A DNA stretch of 64,000 bases, from the IMG/VR virus record IMGVR_UViG_3300025684_000012, one strand, 5' to 3'. How positions within the stretch are numbered: the stretch's first letter is position 1; every line of letters begins with the position of its first letter. The stretch is from a virus. Below are positions 28,788 through 37,824 of the stretch, in pieces. Both the position numbers and the translations under genes were made by a program. Under the pieces are notes generated by a model. The model was given only the letters and a program-made list of their open reading frames with translations. It did not search any database and was not told the origin of the DNA.

Positions 28788-29735
28788 TTAGTCTTGCTGG
28801 GCCATCTGAGCAAAGTATGACAGGGTGTCATCTTCATCAGCGACTGCCGCTACTGAAGCGGGTTCAGCAGATACGATGGTTGGTTCACTAGCTTCTTTAA
28901 TACTAGCTGTTCCGGCCGATTGAGCAAGTGCTTCATTTCTCAACGTAGCTCCAGTACCAGTAGCCATACCTAGAACAGTTTCTAGTCGCGACTTCAGCTC
29001 ATCATAGCTCTTAAACCATTTAGGATCATGTGCTCCTGGGAAATCTGGGGTAACGAATTCGTTTAGATCGTACATCGAATTGTAGGTAGATTCCAACCGC
29101 GCATCGTCACCATCGAACAATGCAGCTGGCGCTTTGAACCCTGACTTATCGTAATTGCGATAACCTTCAACCTTACGGATCTTCAATTCAAAGTCAGCGC
29201 CTTTCCAGAAGTCGAAAGGATTGACAGGAGTCTCTCCAGGGAATTCAGGCTGCATCATATCCATGATTTTATCAAAGATCTTCTTACCAAACTCATACAA
29301 CATAACTTTGCCGTTATTTGATGGGTTAGCTGGATCATTGACAACCAGAACGTTAGCGATATAGTGTAGTCTACGCTTCTGTCGACGTACCGTCTCTTTA
29401 TCTTCTTCGTTACCACTGTTCCACAACCGCGAGTTCATTTCGCCCAATGGGTCAGCTTGACCGATGGTGGTGAGTGAACGCTCAATGTACCATTGACCGG
29501 TTGGACCTTTGAAAGCGTGATCCCAGTAACGTACCCATGGTAGGTCTTGACCTTCACCTGCAGGCAAGAAACGTAACACAGCATAACCATTACCACTATC
29601 ATCGACAGTAGGCTTCCACTTTCGGTCATCTTGGTATTTGTTAGTATTTGTTTGAACGGCGCCTGACGCTTCCTGAGCAGCTGACACTAAAGAGTTGATG
29701 TCCATAGACTTGGACTTCAGATTTGCAAAAGACAT
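28788..29735 (-). CDS. 32: single-stranded DNA-binding protein gp32
   Basis: DDRKWKPTVD..GNGYAVLRFLP, FGKKIFDKI, NPFDFWKGADF, acidic tail. Confidence 0.95.
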   Translation of the reverse strand: MSFANLKSKSMDINSLVSAAQEASGAVQTNTNKYQDDRKWKPTVDDSGNGYAVLRFLPAGEGQDLPWVRYWDHAFKGPTGQWYIERSLTTIGQADPLGEMNSRLWNSGNEEDKETVRRQKRRLHYIANVLVVNDPANPSNNGKVMLYEFGKKIFDKIMDMMQPEFPGETPVNPFDFWKGADFELKIRKVEGYRNYDKSGFKAPAALFDGDDARLESTYNSMYDLNEFVTPDFPGAHDPKWFKSYDELKSRLETVLGMATGTGATLRNEALAQSAGTASIKEASEPTIVSAEPASVAAVADEDDTLSYFAQMAQQD

Positions 29736-29788
29736 ATTGTAATAACCTCGTATTGTATGTACTTAAATATTTTTTGTATAACAGTTTT

Positions 29789-29828
29789 ATTATAACGTAT
29801 ATTGACTTATTAGTCAACTATATTTATA
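29789..29828 (-). promoter_or_regulatory. gp32 promoters: sigma70-like TTGACT-N17-TATAAT plus late TATAAATA (29821-29828)
   Basis: Both consensus elements seen directly. Confidence 0.75.
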
Positions 29829-30334
29829 TCATTGAACTTATGGAGTCCTAGCCAAGCAACCAAGACTTTTCTGGTGCCACATATAACCTGCTGTGCCTCA
29901 TGAACCAAGTCAGATTTAAATATGACCGTCTCACCTATATCTAGATTAATTGGATCACATCCATCAATGTGTAACGCACCACCTTCAAGATCATCCGATT
30001 TATCCAGCATAGTGACTGTAGACCAGATTCGATAGTCCTCTAAACGAGACTCGCGGAAAGTATCCTTATGAGGCTTAAAGTAGTCACCGGGCTGGTAGAT
30101 CAGGAAGTCAAACTGATTCACCGACGTACCGTCGTTTATATGGGTCTCAATAATATCCACAACCTCTGGGAACAGCCTAGGATCAATACGTACAGCCATA
30201 GTTTTACGCATTGAAGGATCATATAAGTCTTTACCCTTAGCCGTTACCCCAGTGCGATACAGTCGGGCCGTATCGCCATATTCAACAACCTCTTGAATAA
30301 GGTCTGGGGGTATTATTTTGACTACATCATACAT
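29810..30334 (-). CDS. 2OG-Fe(II) oxygenase
   Basis: YQPGDYFKPHKD (HxD), EGGAL, H...V..G.RKVLVAW. Confidence 0.88.
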   Translation of the reverse strand: MYDVVKIIPPDLIQEVVEYGDTARLYRTGVTAKGKDLYDPSMRKTMAVRIDPRLFPEVVDIIETHINDGTSVNQFDFLIYQPGDYFKPHKDTFRESRLEDYRIWSTVTMLDKSDDLEGGALHIDGCDPINLDIGETVIFKSDLVHEAQQVICGTRKVLVAWLGLHKFNDINIVD

Positions 30335-30566
30335 CCAACGTATTCACTCTCGGTAGATAGTTTAAATGCCTTGCCTCTGCTTCTAGTTGACCGACTATTG
30401 AAGGAGTAAGAAACTTCTTAACATCCTCAATCTCCATACCATTTTTATCACATATGTGTACTATGGCATCCATATACGAAACGTGACGACTTTCTCTAAC
30501 TAAATTTTCAACCATTTTTGAAAAGGTTTTTTTAGTGAGAAAAACTTCTGCCTCATCCACAGCCAT
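30327..30566 (-). CDS. 33: late transcription coactivator gp33
   Basis: SYMDAIVHIC...EIE...L.....LEAEARHLNYL; start adjusted to MAVDE. Confidence 0.8.
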   Translation of the reverse strand: MAVDEAEVFLTKKTFSKMVENLVRESRHVSYMDAIVHICDKNGMEIEDVKKFLTPSIVGQLEAEARHLNYLPRVNTLDV

Positions 30567-30829
30567 CAGTCTACCAGACTCATCGAAATTACATTGTCCA
30601 CTCTGAACGAACGCCATGCCTGCTTATCGATAGCAAATGCTCTGACTACAGCCTGATTAACCTTGACTTCACCATCAGTGCGAGCTCGTGCCACTTCAGA
30701 TTCTGGCAAGTACTCTGGTGACAGCGTACAAGGCATCACACGCGTTTCTCCGTCAACCTTGGTGAAGGTTACTTCATACACAGCAGACTTCAATTGTTCA
30801 ACTAGGGCATCAAAGGTGTATTTACTCAT
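30566..30829 (-). CDS. SH3-like/WYL-like small protein
   Basis: VTFTKVDGETRVMPCTL, WRSFRVD. Confidence 0.75.
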   Translation of the reverse strand: MSKYTFDALVEQLKSAVYEVTFTKVDGETRVMPCTLSPEYLPESEVARARTDGEVKVNQAVVRAFAIDKQAWRSFRVDNVISMSLVD

Positions 30830-30844
30830 AGCATAATCTCCTAT

Positions 30845-31138
30845 TTAGAAACGGTCGAATTCGTCGTCGGTGGACGGGGAAGTATCAGCGTCGGCATGCA
30901 CATACTCTAAGAAAGAAGGACCGCCATCTAGAACGATGATAGTGGTTTCTAGCCCCTTGAGAATATCTTCCATATTACCGATAACTGTTGTATCTTTAGT
31001 CTCTTTCTGCTGCTCTTGAACGAACGCGTCTAGAGTTTCTAAATACACGATTCGAAGGAATTCGCGCGCAATCAATTCTACATCATTGCGTGGATATTTA
31101 CCCAAGTCAATCAGGTTTTCCATTTGTTGTTCAGCCAT
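30845..31138 (-). CDS. hypothetical protein
   Basis: ORF with GAGG SD. Confidence 0.6.
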   Translation of the reverse strand: MAEQQMENLIDLGKYPRNDVELIAREFLRIVYLETLDAFVQEQQKETKDTTVIGNMEDILKGLETTIIVLDGGPSFLEYVHADADTSPSTDDEFDRF

Positions 31139-31361
31139 TATAAGTTTCCTCTTGATTGTTGGCATTAATTACTTCAGAAAAGTAAGCGTTGATATAAGCA
31201 TCATTAGTCTCGTAGCTAACGGTGTTATTTCTAGTGTCTCTGTCCAGCTGTTCAACCTGCTTGGCGAGACGTTTGTTGGACTTCAGAACCTTACTGCGCT
31301 TTTGAATCTTGAGCGCAGCACGTCGAATCATAGCATACCGTTCAGCTTTACTAACATTCAT
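31131..31361 (-). CDS. hypothetical protein
   Basis: ORF with GGAG SD. Confidence 0.6.
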   Translation of the reverse strand: MNVSKAERYAMIRRAALKIQKRSKVLKSNKRLAKQVEQLDRDTRNNTVSYETNDAYINAYFSEVINANNQEETYNG

Positions 31362-31395
31362 ATATTATACTCCAAGGATTAGTTAAGGTAAAGAG

Positions 31396-31638
31396 TTATT
31401 TGATAAAATCGATGATCAAATCTAAAACGAATATGAAACCGGCAAATGCAACCGTACCAACCAAACTGACCATATGAGTTCTACGGAATATGTTGAAGTA
31501 CGACATACGACTAGTATCTTCTAAGTGGTTGTGCAAATACTCAGCTCTTGTTTTGTAGGATACAAACAAATCAATAGCAAGAAATGTAACATAGCAACTG
31601 AGAAGCAACACTACCACATTAAACATAGTACTCTCCAT
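31396..31638 (-). CDS. hypothetical membrane protein
   Basis: Two hydrophobic segments. Confidence 0.55.
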   Translation of the reverse strand: MESTMFNVVVLLLSCYVTFLAIDLFVSYKTRAEYLHNHLEDTSRMSYFNIFRRTHMVSLVGTVAFAGFIFVLDLIIDFIK

Positions 31639-31798
31639 TCTTCTTCGCCTCTTTTTTTCTATCTATGTGGGTCGCTGGACGGGTGAGCTTATCCATATTC
31701 TTCTTAACTGGATCGGTCGCCCCAACACGGTTAACACGGCGCAGGTACTTCAAATTCCTTATTCGCATGTGATAACATCTCCTTCACAATTAACGACC

Positions 31799-31827
31799 AT
31801 TATACTACACTCTGCAACACAAGACAA
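31799..31827 (-). promoter_or_regulatory. early (sigma70-like) promoter TTGTCT-N17-TATAAT
   Basis: Consensus match. Confidence 0.65.
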
Positions 31828-31831
31828 CAGA

Positions 31832-32092
31832 TCAACCCAATATATCTGAAAAAACCTTGAGCTTCTCGCGCTTCTGCTGACCGTACTCCTCAATGTCAGT
31901 GAACGATATTAGGTCATACTCTTGACAAATATCTATCATGCATTGCAAATCACCGATCTCTTCCGCTAGTCGTCTCATGAGACGTGGTTCGTGACCAAAA
32001 CGCTTTATCTTCGACGCCTGTACTATTACTTCCGCGCATTCTTCTTGTAAAATAGTTAGTACTTCTGTGGTGCTGTAGTTGTGCTTCAACAT
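31832..32092 (-). CDS. MazG-like nucleotide pyrophosphohydrolase
   Basis: LQEECAEVI...EEIGDL. Confidence 0.7.
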   Translation of the reverse strand: MLKHNYSTTEVLTILQEECAEVIVQASKIKRFGHEPRLMRRLAEEIGDLQCMIDICQEYDLISFTDIEEYGQQKREKLKVFSDILG

Positions 32093-32113
32093 TGTGTATA
32101 GTCTCCGTCAATG

Positions 32114-32422
32114 TTATCTACGCATGGTAGCGTGTTCTTTGGCTTCTTCGTTGCTAAGGATGGGAACAGCATTACTCTTGTGCATAGTGCTAATACCCTT
32201 AATTAAGGTACCGGTATACTCATGCCTAGCTGGTCGGCTACAGTTATGACCTTCTGATACAAGAGAGGGTATATGACTGGTGTCTCCCCGTCTGTACACT
32301 TCGGCCGACTTGTACTCGACAAATGGTCTATCTTTGTACCTAGCTTCGTCGCTTTTCTTACTCCAAGCATTATACTTCTTTTTACGTCCGCTAGCATAGG
32401 TTCGCATATTACCGTGAATCAT
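32114..32422 (-). CDS. conserved hypothetical phage protein
   Basis: YTGTLIKGISTMHKSNAVP motif. Confidence 0.7.
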   Translation of the reverse strand: MIHGNMRTYASGRKKKYNAWSKKSDEARYKDRPFVEYKSAEVYRRGDTSHIPSLVSEGHNCSRPARHEYTGTLIKGISTMHKSNAVPILSNEEAKEHATMRR

Positions 32423-32469
32423 AGTACTGTTCTCCTAATCAATACACTATATTACTACTGCTAGACTAA

Positions 32470-32685
32470 TTAGTCAACGTCTTTTTCTACGCCAAAAGGA
32501 ATATAGCTATACCAAGCACGTTCGTGTAGATAATACAGAACAGTCTTAGTGATAACCTCTAAGCCTCCAATAGCTGCACCTATTGCAAATGACCCAGTGA
32601 GTAGCCAGCTAATCATTATGGTATCCATTGTCCCAACAACGCGCCACGTGATTGCTTTAGCAATGTGTCTGCGGTGAGTTATCAT
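32470..32685 (-). CDS. DUF2061-like small membrane protein
   Basis: RHIAKAITWRVVGT.DT ... KTVLYYLHERAW. Confidence 0.8.
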   Translation of the reverse strand: MITHRRHIAKAITWRVVGTMDTIMISWLLTGSFAIGAAIGGLEVITKTVLYYLHERAWYSYIPFGVEKDVD

Positions 32686-32841
32686 TATAGCTTTCCCTCT
32701 TTTCTCATTTGCGCACTATATGTTATTATAAATACACCCATTAGCCAACGCTCGACGAGTACGTAATAATCATAGTATACCCGGATTGGCTACAGGTATA
32801 CCATACTACATGACTCCTGTTTAGTCAACAAATTAATTTGA

Positions 32842-32849
32842 TATAAATA
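32842..32849 (+). promoter_or_regulatory. late promoter TATAAATA (second copy at 32727-32734)
   Basis: Exact consensus. Confidence 0.65.
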
Positions 32850-32854
32850 AAAGC

Positions 32855-33109
32855 ATGACAAATGAACTATTCGATTTCGGCTTCACGTTAGTCGATGAGC
32901 ACGATCTTGAGTCTGTCCAACAGATGGGAGAGCTGCAGTCGACGGCTGATGACGTACAGAATCGGCTTGATAGTCTCTATGACGCTATACAGCCATTGCT
33001 AGCAAACTTAAAGGATGCTCCTGAAAAGGATTACATCTTATGGCCAAACCGTTTAGAGAAGATCGAACAGTTTGAAGAATATATTCTTAAAATCTACCAA
33101 GGGAAATAA
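32855..33109 (+). CDS. conserved hypothetical protein
   Basis: FDFGFTLVDE, PLLANLK..PEKDYILWPNR. Confidence 0.7.
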   Translation: MTNELFDFGFTLVDEHDLESVQQMGELQSTADDVQNRLDSLYDAIQPLLANLKDAPEKDYILWPNRLEKIEQFEEYILKIYQGK

Positions 33110-33114
33110 CACTA

Positions 33115-33981
33115 ATGTTTTTCAACCTACTAAATGAAAAAATTCTGCGGGATACTTCTGATGGTCACGTATATCAGTACGTACAATCTCAAGAGAAAGA
33201 ACAGATCGCCCGCCGGTTAAATGGACAATTGAAAGCTGAGCTGAATGAGCACAGTATTCGTCTTATTCACACAACACCAGATGTTAACGTTATAGAGGAA
33301 GCTCTCAACCGAGCTCCTATGTATCTGAATGCCATTAAAAATAGAGGCTATCAAAGCATATTGTTTGTCGGTCACTTTAATGCCGACGTACCTTCGTGGG
33401 TATTGCCAATCGGTCATGACCGCATCCCTGATGCAGTGACCCCTGAGCGCGCTCAACTAGCTAATGCTGCTGACACGAATGTTGTATTCCAATTCTTACC
33501 AATTGTCGCTAAGATGTATGGGTACAAGGGCGAGTTTTGTTACACATCACCAGACCCTGTCAGACACCGCGGTGTAATGCACACTCTGTATAATAACAAC
33601 GGTTTGCGTGAAGGTTTGATTAAGTGTACAAACCAATACCGACATGGTATGCCTGCTGCTGAGCTTGAATTGAACATGGCGCCAGGTCCAAGGTTCGATG
33701 CTGTAGTATTCCTTGGTGTACCTAAAAATCAGGGTGAGGACTTCAGTGCTGACGAAGTTCGTCAGGTATTTGCTCCATACTGTGTAGAAGGATTTGATAT
33801 GGTCGATCTGTACTACGGTGCACCTGACCTAGGCAGATTTATCGGTGGTGAGTTAAAGGATACTAACGCCGATGTAGGTGTTGCTTGGACGACTCGGGCT
33901 CAGTGGGAAGAAAACTTCCAGGCTGACGGTGGTCGACCTGAAGAGCATGATATCTTCAAACGCACATTCAAAGTATACTAG
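33115..33981 (+). CDS. hypothetical protein
   Basis: 288-aa ORF followed by a terminator. Confidence 0.7.
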   Translation: MFFNLLNEKILRDTSDGHVYQYVQSQEKEQIARRLNGQLKAELNEHSIRLIHTTPDVNVIEEALNRAPMYLNAIKNRGYQSILFVGHFNADVPSWVLPIGHDRIPDAVTPERAQLANAADTNVVFQFLPIVAKMYGYKGEFCYTSPDPVRHRGVMHTLYNNNGLREGLIKCTNQYRHGMPAAELELNMAPGPRFDAVVFLGVPKNQGEDFSADEVRQVFAPYCVEGFDMVDLYYGAPDLGRFIGGELKDTNADVGVAWTTRAQWEENFQADGGRPEEHDIFKRTFKVY

Positions 33982-33988
33982 TAATAAG

Positions 33989-34013
33989 AAGGGGACATAA
34001 AGTCCCCTTTTTT
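33989..34013 (+). terminator. rho-independent terminator between convergent units
   Basis: AAGGGGAC-ATAAA-GTCCCCTT then T-tract. Confidence 0.8.
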
Positions 34014-34131
34014 ATATTAAGAATAAAATTATTCCTATCACCCCAGACCAAACCAGCACGTTTGGGTATATGCTCCAGACCATTGTAAAGTCTTTGTACG
34101 TATCGGATACGAATTTTTTTGTGTTATACAT
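34012..34131 (-). CDS. small membrane peptide (39 aa)
   Basis: MYNTKKFVSDTYKDFTMVWSIYPNVLVWSGVIGIILFLI, read manually. Confidence 0.5.
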   Translation of the reverse strand: MYNTKKFVSDTYKDFTMVWSIYPNVLVWSGVIGIILFLI

Positions 34132-34151
34132 AATTGAATTCAAATCAAACT

Positions 34152-34787
34152 TCATTGCTCGCTCTCCATCACAATAACCTTAACATTATCAGCAGCTTTA
34201 AATTTTAAGCCGTTATGACTATGATACACGAAAAACTGTACTTTGTCAAACTCTCTGAAGAACTTATTCCAAATTGGTCTCCAGTTACTTGCCATACGAT
34301 GTGTGTTTAACGGACTACGATCGCTCTCTAGAAAGGTATCTGTGTGACTCTTGAGATTCATGTCAAACATAGAGTCAAAGCCGTATAAATGCACCTCAGT
34401 CGCCTTCATGGACCGGCATGCATAATCAACAGCCATGTGGCCGCAACTGTAGTTAGTACCTGCCTGAGCCAATGTATGGCCGGGTAGTTGAGCGTATGTG
34501 GGGATGTGGGTATGAAACCCCTTAATGTTCTGTGAATACTTTAAGTAAAATGTTGGCTGCATCTCCATCCACTTTCGTGGGCGAGTACCCAGTACCCAGT
34601 CGTACTGACCCAGGTTGCTCTTTCCTTCTTGCAGAGCCTTCATCATTTTGAAGTCTACCATACAGGTGGCATATACTTCTTCGGAAGTAAAATCGATGGG
34701 CGGCATATTGCACACTAGCAATTTTCCTTCGGTCCCACGTTCGAACAGCTTCCAGTGATCACCGTTGCCTAAAATATTTACTCTCAT
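34152..34787 (-). CDS. sialyltransferase/Maf-like (GT29/GT42-like) glycosyltransferase
   Basis: NILGNG at the N-terminus; SCGHMAV..A......EVHLYGFD. Confidence 0.55.
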   Translation of the reverse strand: MRVNILGNGDHWKLFERGTEGKLLVCNMPPIDFTSEEVYATCMVDFKMMKALQEGKSNLGQYDWVLGTRPRKWMEMQPTFYLKYSQNIKGFHTHIPTYAQLPGHTLAQAGTNYSCGHMAVDYACRSMKATEVHLYGFDSMFDMNLKSHTDTFLESDRSPLNTHRMASNWRPIWNKFFREFDKVQFFVYHSHNGLKFKAADNVKVIVMESEQ

Positions 34788-35167
34788 TATCTAATCCCAT
34801 CTTTGTGGAAGGACCCATATACACAATGCACTAATTCGTGTCCCCACGTAGTCAATTCTTTATAGTCTTTGGCACCGTTCGGTTCTACTACATATATAGT
34901 GCAGTGGTTCATCACCGATTGGTCGTTTTTATTTAGTGACCACAACGCTAGCCCTTGTACTTGCTCATCTCTGGTGAGTAATTTTTGGCTGTGGATGTAG
35001 TTATTCAGTGCGCGCTCACTATCAAACACCATTACAGTAATTGGGAATTGTTTGCCGCTATAGTCGTGAGTCTTGACTAATTCGGGACCGCGCGCGTTAT
35101 TATCACACGACAATAGGGTAACCGCGAGCAGCAGTACCGCTGCTAGTTTAATAATACTTGACTGCAT
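34787..35167 (-). CDS. putative lipoprotein with HExxH motif
   Basis: Signal peptide with lipobox LLSC; GHELVHC. Confidence 0.6.
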   Translation of the reverse strand: MQSSIIKLAAVLLLAVTLLSCDNNARGPELVKTHDYSGKQFPITVMVFDSERALNNYIHSQKLLTRDEQVQGLALWSLNKNDQSVMNHCTIYVVEPNGAKDYKELTTWGHELVHCVYGSFHKDGIR

Positions 35168-35480
35168 ATCCTTCCTCTACCAGCAGATCGTTAATATTCA
35201 TACCCCCGTACATTATTTCGCCTAGGATTCTTCCGTACTTCCCTTGCTTGTGAGTTTTGATCTGGATAGTTGATCCTACCGCTACAATTTTTTCACAGTA
35301 CTCCTTCGCTTCCAAGCCTCTGCGTTTCTCTTCAAGGTCCCTAGTGCGAGACTCAGGAGCATCAATACCGAATAGACGGACGCGCTTGTTATGAAGAACA
35401 ATATCAAAGCCAAGATCAATATCAACGTCAACAGTATCCCCGTCAACCCAACGGTTAACCTTTGCAGTATACACATACAT
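35148..35480 (-). CDS. thermonuclease (SNase) family protein
   Basis: VDGDTV, RVRLFGIDAPE, GKYGRILG. Confidence 0.9.
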   Translation of the reverse strand: MYVYTAKVNRWVDGDTVDVDIDLGFDIVLHNKRVRLFGIDAPESRTRDLEEKRRGLEAKEYCEKIVAVGSTIQIKTHKQGKYGRILGEIMYGGMNINDLLVEEGYAVKYY

Positions 35481-35485
35481 ATCTA

Positions 35486-35686
35486 CTAACCCAAATATTT
35501 TGAGATAATCTCAAGCTGGTCTTCATATTCTGAAATTGCCTTTAGCTCGATCTCAATAGCCCCAATAATATCCGGATGCTCTCCAATACCAACAGGATTG
35601 TTTAGATAAACCTCAATATTAGCCAGATGTTTATCGATGTGTCCTTTCGCATGAGACTGTACAGCTTTAATTATACGCTCTCTCAT
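35486..35686 (-). CDS. conserved hypothetical protein
   Basis: ANIEVYLNNPVGIGEHPDI. Confidence 0.7.
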   Translation of the reverse strand: MRERIIKAVQSHAKGHIDKHLANIEVYLNNPVGIGEHPDIIGAIEIELKAISEYEDQLEIISKYLG

Positions 35687-36171
35687 TTTTTACCATCCAC
35701 TGTCATGACCTGTACTGTGCGTGCCTTTTCTACTGCTCTAGATCCAAACCAGAACGATATAATGGCAGCAAATATTGCTTGGGTATTATCGTCCCACACG
35801 ATCTGTATAGCTCTACCCAATTCCATCCCACCGTCAATAGCGCTCATTAGAATGGTATATTCAACCATTGCAAATACAATAAAAAACGCGTATGTAATAA
35901 CTGGTCTAACTGATCGCTGTAGCCCCGAGATGAAGCCTGTGTGTTGAGATATGGTCGTATCATGTAACAGCAGAGCCTTCTGCTCCTCATGTAGCCCCAT
36001 CTCTTGAAATTTTCTGATCTCGTGGTCGTATCCAGATTTTTGTAACTGGAACATCCTCTCCATCTTTTCGAGCTCAAACTTCTGGTTTTGTTTACTTTTA
36101 AAGTGGTCAGTAATAGCAGGTACTACAGACGACCCAAACCCAAGCAGAGATCCTATTAAACTACTAAGCAT
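35683..36171 (-). CDS. holin-like 3TM membrane protein
   Basis: SVRPVITY, IISFWFGSR. Confidence 0.7.
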   Translation of the reverse strand: MLSSLIGSLLGFGSSVVPAITDHFKSKQNQKFELEKMERMFQLQKSGYDHEIRKFQEMGLHEEQKALLLHDTTISQHTGFISGLQRSVRPVITYAFFIVFAMVEYTILMSAIDGGMELGRAIQIVWDDNTQAIFAAIISFWFGSRAVEKARTVQVMTVDGKK

Positions 36172-36179
36172 AATAACTC

Positions 36180-36854
36180 CTATCTCCAGTGATTTCGTAT
36201 CCACGATTGTGGCATGTATTTATCTCTGGCGGTTGCAACAATTTCTGATATAGATTGGACTATACTAGGTCTACCATGAAAGCAGATTATAGAAGCCCCA
36301 TCAATATTATCAGGGTATACTTGATACTTATAAGATTTTATCTCGGACGGATATAATGATTGTAGAAGGTCGCGCTTGGTTACCGTAGCGTTTAAATATT
36401 CACCATCCCCTCTGTAGGTTTTGGTGATCGTCTCGCGCGCGAGAAAGAATGTAGTCCATATCCAACTAGCGGACTGAGCATCAAAGCAAAGAATTCCGCT
36501 TTGCAGCCTACCTTTCAAATGAGCTTGATGTGGGTTTACACAACCCAAGTCCTCTATACCAGCAAACGATCCTTTATACGAAAGAAGCCAGTCTATGTTA
36601 TCCACAATCAACGTGTCCAGATCTAGGTAGACAACCTGTCCATCTAATCTACCATCAAACAGCTGCAGTTTATTCCACCAACCAGCTAAGCCCTGATTAA
36701 GTACCACAGTATCTATACCTGGCAATAACCTATCCGAGAAGCACACAAACTTATGGTCAACCGTACTATTACGCTGTACAGAAGACTTGAGATTGTACAC
36801 ATAATCTGGGGAGAATTTATCTCCCCATAACACGCAGGCAACCGTAACCATCAC
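36180..36854 (-). CDS. glycosyltransferase (GT8-like, GT-A fold)
   Basis: CVLWGDKF, GWWNKLQLF, YLDLD (DxD), CFHGRP. Confidence 0.8.
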   Translation of the reverse strand: MMVTVACVLWGDKFSPDYVYNLKSSVQRNSTVDHKFVCFSDRLLPGIDTVVLNQGLAGWWNKLQLFDGRLDGQVVYLDLDTLIVDNIDWLLSYKGSFAGIEDLGCVNPHQAHLKGRLQSGILCFDAQSASWIWTTFFLARETITKTYRGDGEYLNATVTKRDLLQSLYPSEIKSYKYQVYPDNIDGASIICFHGRPSIVQSISEIVATARDKYMPQSWIRNHWR

Positions 36855-37501
36855 TGCTCCAAATATTCAAAGTCGGAACTGAAGTTGTGCTTAGCTAAGC
36901 ATCCCTGGATTTTCTGAACCGTGCTGTATGAGTCATCAGCATACGCACACCACGGATAATATTCTTGCAGCCACTCAAATCGTCGCTTACTTAAAAATAC
37001 ATCCGGTGTACAAGCATCCGCTTTTGCTGATTCACACAGTACGCGTGCTCCAGCAGGGGTCACTATGTATGCATGTGCTCCTGGGAAGTGAGCTTTTGAG
37101 GTCAACTCTCCCCAACCCAATTGGCTTGGATTGGTGTACTTACCATAAGAAGGCTTGCCAATTGAACCAACGAACATCGGTAGCGTTTGAGGTAGAGGGG
37201 CGTTGATTACCGCATCATGCTCAAATATTGCATATGGCTCGTTGTGGTTCATACACGACATCCACAGTGTGTAGTGTGATAGGAAGCATGCTAGAACATT
37301 ATCCCACTTCGAATAATAGTTAGAGAAGTTGCTCGTTGTAATCCCTTCGCGTTTATAGATAGATTCCACAGCGTGTGTGTCAGGTGTGATAGCATCAAAC
37401 TTTTGTATATCGACGCCATATACCACACCCGACTCGATACAGCGATCCGCACTACGCTGAGATTTAGCGTGGCCGGGTATAGCAATTACGAAACATTTCA
37501 T
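36851..37501 (-). CDS. glycosyltransferase family 25
   Basis: FDAI, CFLSHYTLW, IFEHDA, GAHAYIVTP. Confidence 0.85.
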   Translation of the reverse strand: MKCFVIAIPGHAKSQRSADRCIESGVVYGVDIQKFDAITPDTHAVESIYKREGITTSNFSNYYSKWDNVLACFLSHYTLWMSCMNHNEPYAIFEHDAVINAPLPQTLPMFVGSIGKPSYGKYTNPSQLGWGELTSKAHFPGAHAYIVTPAGARVLCESAKADACTPDVFLSKRRFEWLQEYYPWCAYADDSYSTVQKIQGCLAKHNFSSDFEYLEQ

Positions 37502-37503
37502 CT

Positions 37504-37770
37504 TTAATCAAATATCAACTTAATGTCATCGTAGTCAACGACCGCGCATTGCACCCCATCGAGCTCAACAGCGATCGCTTTACCCCAATCAAACATAATT
37601 ACATCACCAGCCTTTAGAGTATTTTTTTGAGCAATTTCAATACTCATTCCGATCACTTGAGCTGGTTTATGACCAGATGGCTTAACAGCGGACAATATAA
37701 GACCACTGGCTGTGGTGGTTTCCTGTTCCTTTTGTTGAGTTACCAAAACATTATTATGTAAAACTCTCAT
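37504..37770 (-). CDS. co-chaperonin GroES-like (gp31 analogue)
   Basis: RVLHNNVLV, TTASGLIL, GDVIMF. Confidence 0.8.
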   Translation of the reverse strand: MRVLHNNVLVTQQKEQETTTASGLILSAVKPSGHKPAQVIGMSIEIAQKNTLKAGDVIMFDWGKAIAVELDGVQCAVVDYDDIKLIFD

Positions 37771-37824
37771 TCATTAGATTCCTGCAAAGTAGATAAAGTC
37801 TGCTTTTATATATTCAGACTGTAA

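Noticed and set aside
32735-32805. SAM-II/preQ1 riboswitch or HDV-like ribozyme
   Set aside because: A pseudoknot is possible, but the conserved ligand-binding nucleotides and the HDV P3 element are not present
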